Origin: Promethearchaeota archaeon
Lineage (GTDB): Archaea > Asgardarchaeota > Lokiarchaeia > Sigyniarchaeales > SOKP01
Direction: 5' to 3'
Length of the DNA stretch: 39,826 nucleotides
Assembly: GCA_013375475.1 (NCBI GenBank)
Contig: JABXKD010000031.1
Span: 1 to 39,826 of the forward strand
In this document: positions 36,648-39,826 of the stretch, piece after piece
How the letters are laid out: every line of letters begins with the position of its first letter
Position numbering within the stretch: position 1 is the stretch's first letter
Program-made: the position numbers and the translations under genes
The notes under the pieces: model-generated
Databases searched by the model: none
The model's input: only the letters and a program-made list of their open reading frames with translations
What the model was told of the DNA's origin: nothing

Positions 36648-39119
36648 CTATCTAGATCCATGTACCGTTCGAGCGATGATAGAGTCTTGTACTGGTGTAG
36701 GTAACTCAACAAAACGAGCAACATAACCCGCTACTCTTACCATTAAGTCCCTGTGTTTATCGGGTTCTTTCTGGGCAGCCAATAATGTATCTGATGAAAT
36801 TACATTAAACTGGACGTGATGAATCTTCAGGTCGACAAATGTTCTTATTAGATCTGCCATCCTCTTGAAACCATAATCCTCCTTGAAAATCAACGGATCC
36901 AACCTCATATTGAAGGAAATGCCAGCGAAAACCTCGGCGTGGTCGATCTTACCTACAGACTTGAATACTGCAGTGGGGCCACTAATGTCGCTTCCTCGTG
37001 TGGGCGCGAGTGAATCTGCTAGCGGTTCCTCGGCTAATCTTCCAGAAGGGAGTGCTCCTACAGCCGCACCCGCCCTGACGTAGCTACTTAAAGGTATGTG
37101 AACAGGTATTTTGTGACCACCACGCGTGTTTTTATGTTTTATCGCTTCTTGAGAGAAAGTGCGCATTACCCAAGCTGTTTGTTCATCGGCATAGTCATTG
37201 TCATTTCCAAATTTTGGTACCTTCAACAACATTTGGCGCAGGTCGTCGTACCCTTCAAAATTCTTCTCCAAGGCTTTACACAGTTGATCTATAGTGATTT
37301 TCTTTTCTTCAAATACAAGCTTCTTAATGGCAGTCAAGGAATCACCTAAATCAGTAACACCAACGCATGATACGAAGGGCCCGAAATTATAACGGGCTCC
37401 ACCTTCTTCCCTACATATCCCTTTTTCAATGCAATCCTCTATAAATGCTGATTGGTATAAAGTTGGGTCAAATTCGGCGATAAGTCTCTCACCTATGTTC
37501 GTGGAAATTGTCTCCATTTCAAATCCCCATACAAGTTGTCTTCTAATTGCTTCCAGTAATTCCTCAAAAGATTTAAAATCTCTAGGATCCCCTGTTTGAG
37601 GTGGCGTTACTCCCTCGGGCCAACCCTTATTGCCTTGAGTCAAAACCGATTCTAAAACCCCTGGAAGTAGTTGGATATAAACGGAGGTACAATACCCAGA
37701 ATCCGTACCAACTAATGTTGGTTCGTTACATCCCATTGCACTAGACCTTCTAGCTATCTCCAATGTTATTGGTGAATCTCCACCTAAAGTCGATCGGCCA
37801 AGGAGATTGAGGACGAGATTATCGTTATTAATAAACTCCGGATGACCAGTTCCAAGCGCACAGAGTTGACAAGCTTTAATAAGGAGGTCCTCAGGAGTTT
37901 TGCTGTGAACTAAGAGACCTACATCAGGCTCTACTAACCGGGTATGTATCATTCCCTCTAGAATCATGTATGACAGCTCATTAGTAGCATCAGTTCCATC
38001 TGCTCTTAAACCACCTACATCAACATGCTGTGCAATACCGGAAGTATCTGTCAAAAGATATCCTTTTTTAGAGTTTAAACTATAAAGAAACCATGAGGGT
38101 CTTAGAAGAAAACAATCAATAAGTTCCTGTGCTTCATTTTTGGTAATCCTTCCTTCCCTTATATCTGCTTCGTAATATGGGTATAAATACTGGTCTATTC
38201 TCCCCGGACTGATGGAAGCAGTTTCGCGCATCTCCCAATAGTGAAGAATTTGAGCTAACCAGATTGATTGTATTGCTTCATAGAATGTTCTCGCTGGATT
38301 TGCAGGTACCCATTCGCACACTTCAGCTATCTTAAGTAATTCTTCCTTCCTTTCAGTGTTTTTCTCGCTTTTTGCCAATTGTCTTGCTCTATCAGCAAAT
38401 CTAATCCCTATCTCAGCTGCTACTTCCATAGCCATAATCACACCCTCAAGAAATGGAATCTTTTTCGCCTCCTCAGGATTATTTCGATCGATCCTACCAA
38501 GTCGTTCTTCAGCATCCTTCTTTATTCCTAAAAATCCCTTTTTCAGTAATTTTTCATTATTGGGAATAAAGTGGCCAACGTGAAAGCGTGCCATCGATGT
38601 ACTCACAGAATACCATGCTTCAGGAGTAAAACCAGGAGGAGCAGGTTCGTAATGAGAAGGGGAAAGTCGTAATCTTTCCCAGTTGCCTTGTCCTTTCCAA
38701 TAGGGTATAATTTCCTCTCTTAATTCTCGTTTCTGTTCTTCGCTAATGAAAATTGGATTGCGTTCCCTATTACTAATTTCATCGAGATAGTCTTCTAATG
38801 TTAGATCAGACTTCACAGGAAGTGGGCAGTTGTTAGGTATGGGATCGTACCAACCTACTAAGAGCTCATCTGGAAAAATGTCGATGGGTAACTCCCTTAC
38901 TATAGCTGTAAAGAGCTTCGCTTTGCGGGTTACCATTGGTTCTCCTTCTGTTTCCTTCATAACTCTTACTTCAATGCGATCTCTATCAATTGTGTAAACA
39001 AGCTTTCGGTTAAAATAGCGTTGCCTATGTCTCTCAATTCTTTGAGTTGGTTGTACAGTTAACACTCTTTCTAACAAGGTTTTTGATTTTTCTGCTGCTT
39101 TTTCTACACTCTGTACCAT
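36648..39119 (-). CDS. Glycyl radical enzyme (PFL2/eliminase-like family), function unknown
   Basis: ARTFYEAIQ, SPGRIDQYLYPYY, Cys loop MGCNEP, PKFGNDNDYAD, HHVQFNV, Gly loop LMVRVAGY. Confidence 0.93.
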   Translation of the reverse strand: MVQSVEKAAEKSKTLLERVLTVQPTQRIERHRQRYFNRKLVYTIDRDRIEVRVMKETEGEPMVTRKAKLFTAIVRELPIDIFPDELLVGWYDPIPNNCPLPVKSDLTLEDYLDEISNRERNPIFISEEQKRELREEIIPYWKGQGNWERLRLSPSHYEPAPPGFTPEAWYSVSTSMARFHVGHFIPNNEKLLKKGFLGIKKDAEERLGRIDRNNPEEAKKIPFLEGVIMAMEVAAEIGIRFADRARQLAKSEKNTERKEELLKIAEVCEWVPANPARTFYEAIQSIWLAQILHYWEMRETASISPGRIDQYLYPYYEADIREGRITKNEAQELIDCFLLRPSWFLYSLNSKKGYLLTDTSGIAQHVDVGGLRADGTDATNELSYMILEGMIHTRLVEPDVGLLVHSKTPEDLLIKACQLCALGTGHPEFINNDNLVLNLLGRSTLGGDSPITLEIARRSSAMGCNEPTLVGTDSGYCTSVYIQLLPGVLESVLTQGNKGWPEGVTPPQTGDPRDFKSFEELLEAIRRQLVWGFEMETISTNIGERLIAEFDPTLYQSAFIEDCIEKGICREEGGARYNFGPFVSCVGVTDLGDSLTAIKKLVFEEKKITIDQLCKALEKNFEGYDDLRQMLLKVPKFGNDNDYADEQTAWVMRTFSQEAIKHKNTRGGHKIPVHIPLSSYVRAGAAVGALPSGRLAEEPLADSLAPTRGSDISGPTAVFKSVGKIDHAEVFAGISFNMRLDPLIFKEDYGFKRMADLIRTFVDLKIHHVQFNVISSDTLLAAQKEPDKHRDLMVRVAGYVARFVELPTPVQDSIIARTVHGSR

Positions 39120-39151
39120 ATATAAAACCTTTTTTAAAATTTAATATGATC

Positions 39152-39199
39152 TAAAAATTTCTATTGTAGTTATATATATTTAGGGAATAGAAATTTTTA
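39152..39199. promoter_or_regulatory. 14-bp perfect inverted repeat flanking a TATA-like box
   Basis: TAAAAATTTCTATT (39152-39165), 20-bp spacer containing TTATATAT, AATAGAAATTTTTA (39186-39199). Confidence 0.6.
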
Positions 39200-39368
39200 A
39201 ATGTATACTGTATATTTTATTACGATTTTATTATATTTTATTATAATATCTCTATAGGAAATTGAAAAGGTTAATTACTAACACTTTTAAACTCTGATTT
39301 GAAAGATTATAAATAAAGAAACATTCATAAAAACTAAATTTGTTAAAATTACTAAGATTGAGTAAGGT

Positions 39369-39826
39369 ATGAGTACTAAAATCGTTCGAACGATCTGTTT
39401 TGGCTGTCATTCCCGTTGTGGTGTGCTTCTCGAAGTAAAAGACGGAAAAATCGTTGGAGTAAAAGGAGATAAGGACCATCCCATAAGTCACGGATATATG
39501 TGCCCGAAAGGGAGGGCATGCATGGATATTATATACCATCCCGAACGGCTCACTAAACCTTTGATACGGGTAGGGGAGCGAGGAGAAGGAAAGTTTAAGG
39601 AAGTATCTTGGGATAAGGCGCTTGATGCTATAGCTAAGAAGCTTCTTGAAACACGAGAAAAATGGGGGGCTGAGTCAGTTGTATTTGGTCAAGGCACGAC
39701 AAGAGGCATGCCACCTTGGATTTACCGCTTTATGAGTCTATTTGGGACGCCAAATTTCATGTCAGCTGGTCACATGAGCGGCGCTCCTATCGCCCTCGCC
39801 AGCGCTCTCACCGCTGGATTTGGAAT
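39369..39826 (+). CDS. Molybdopterin (Mo/W-bisPGD, DMSO reductase family) oxidoreductase, acetylene-hydratase-like clade; partial, runs off the right edge
   Basis: Not in the ORF track. MSTKIVRTICFGCHSRCGV...HPISHGYMCPKG...YHPERLTKPL...GERGEGKFKEVSWDKALD...RFMSLFGTPNFMSAGHMSG, open to the end of the window. Confidence 0.92.
   Translation, partial: MSTKIVRTICFGCHSRCGVLLEVKDGKIVGVKGDKDHPISHGYMCPKGRACMDIIYHPERLTKPLIRVGERGEGKFKEVSWDKALDAIAKKLLETREKWGAESVVFGQGTTRGMPPWIYRFMSLFGTPNFMSAGHMSGAPIALASALTAGFG

Noticed and set aside
36648-39119. GRE as pyruvate formate-lyase or alkyl/benzylsuccinate synthase
   Set aside because: No CC pair, no C-M-S-P type loop and no small Bss/Ass subunits nearby.
39252-39539. 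95-aa ORF on the - strand
   Set aside because: Antisense shadow of the molybdopterin oxidoreductase starting at 39369; no motifs.

Overview
AT-rich, gene-dense archaeal window. Fwd subunits, HdrB, an F420-type LLM enzyme, an archaeal MiaB-like methylthiotransferase, zinc-ribbon membrane proteins and oligo-T terminators suggest an Asgard archaeon (Lokiarchaeia-like); this is inference from gene content, not a database result. The left part (1-16.4 kb) holds membrane/zinc-ribbon proteins (one LITAF-like), e-MtaB, a DhlA-type haloalkane dehalogenase, a ferredoxin-nitroreductase, a solitary hdrB, an RNase J-like MBL protein, fdhD, a compact fwdG-F-D-B-C operon without fwdA and with a four-cluster FwdF, and a 2-oxoacid:ferredoxin oxidoreductase whose beta subunit lacks one Fe-S Cys. 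The right part (16.5-39.8 kb) is an anaerobic catabolic island: AbfD-like dehydratase, TetR, a FATP-type acyl-CoA synthetase fused to a wHTH-like domain, AOR, ADH, IVD-type acyl-CoA dehydrogenase plus an unannotated crotonase stump, VOC protein, ADP-ribosylglycohydrolase, two SDRs (one with a PsbP/Mog1-like tail), a ThDP enzyme, an LLM enzyme, a QueG/RdhA-like protein, a glycyl radical enzyme with an unusual GCNE Cys loop and no adjacent activase, and a divergent partial molybdopterin oxidoreductase missing from the ORF track. No rRNA, tRNA, CRISPR array or transposase was recognised. All family assignments are from motif recognition by eye.
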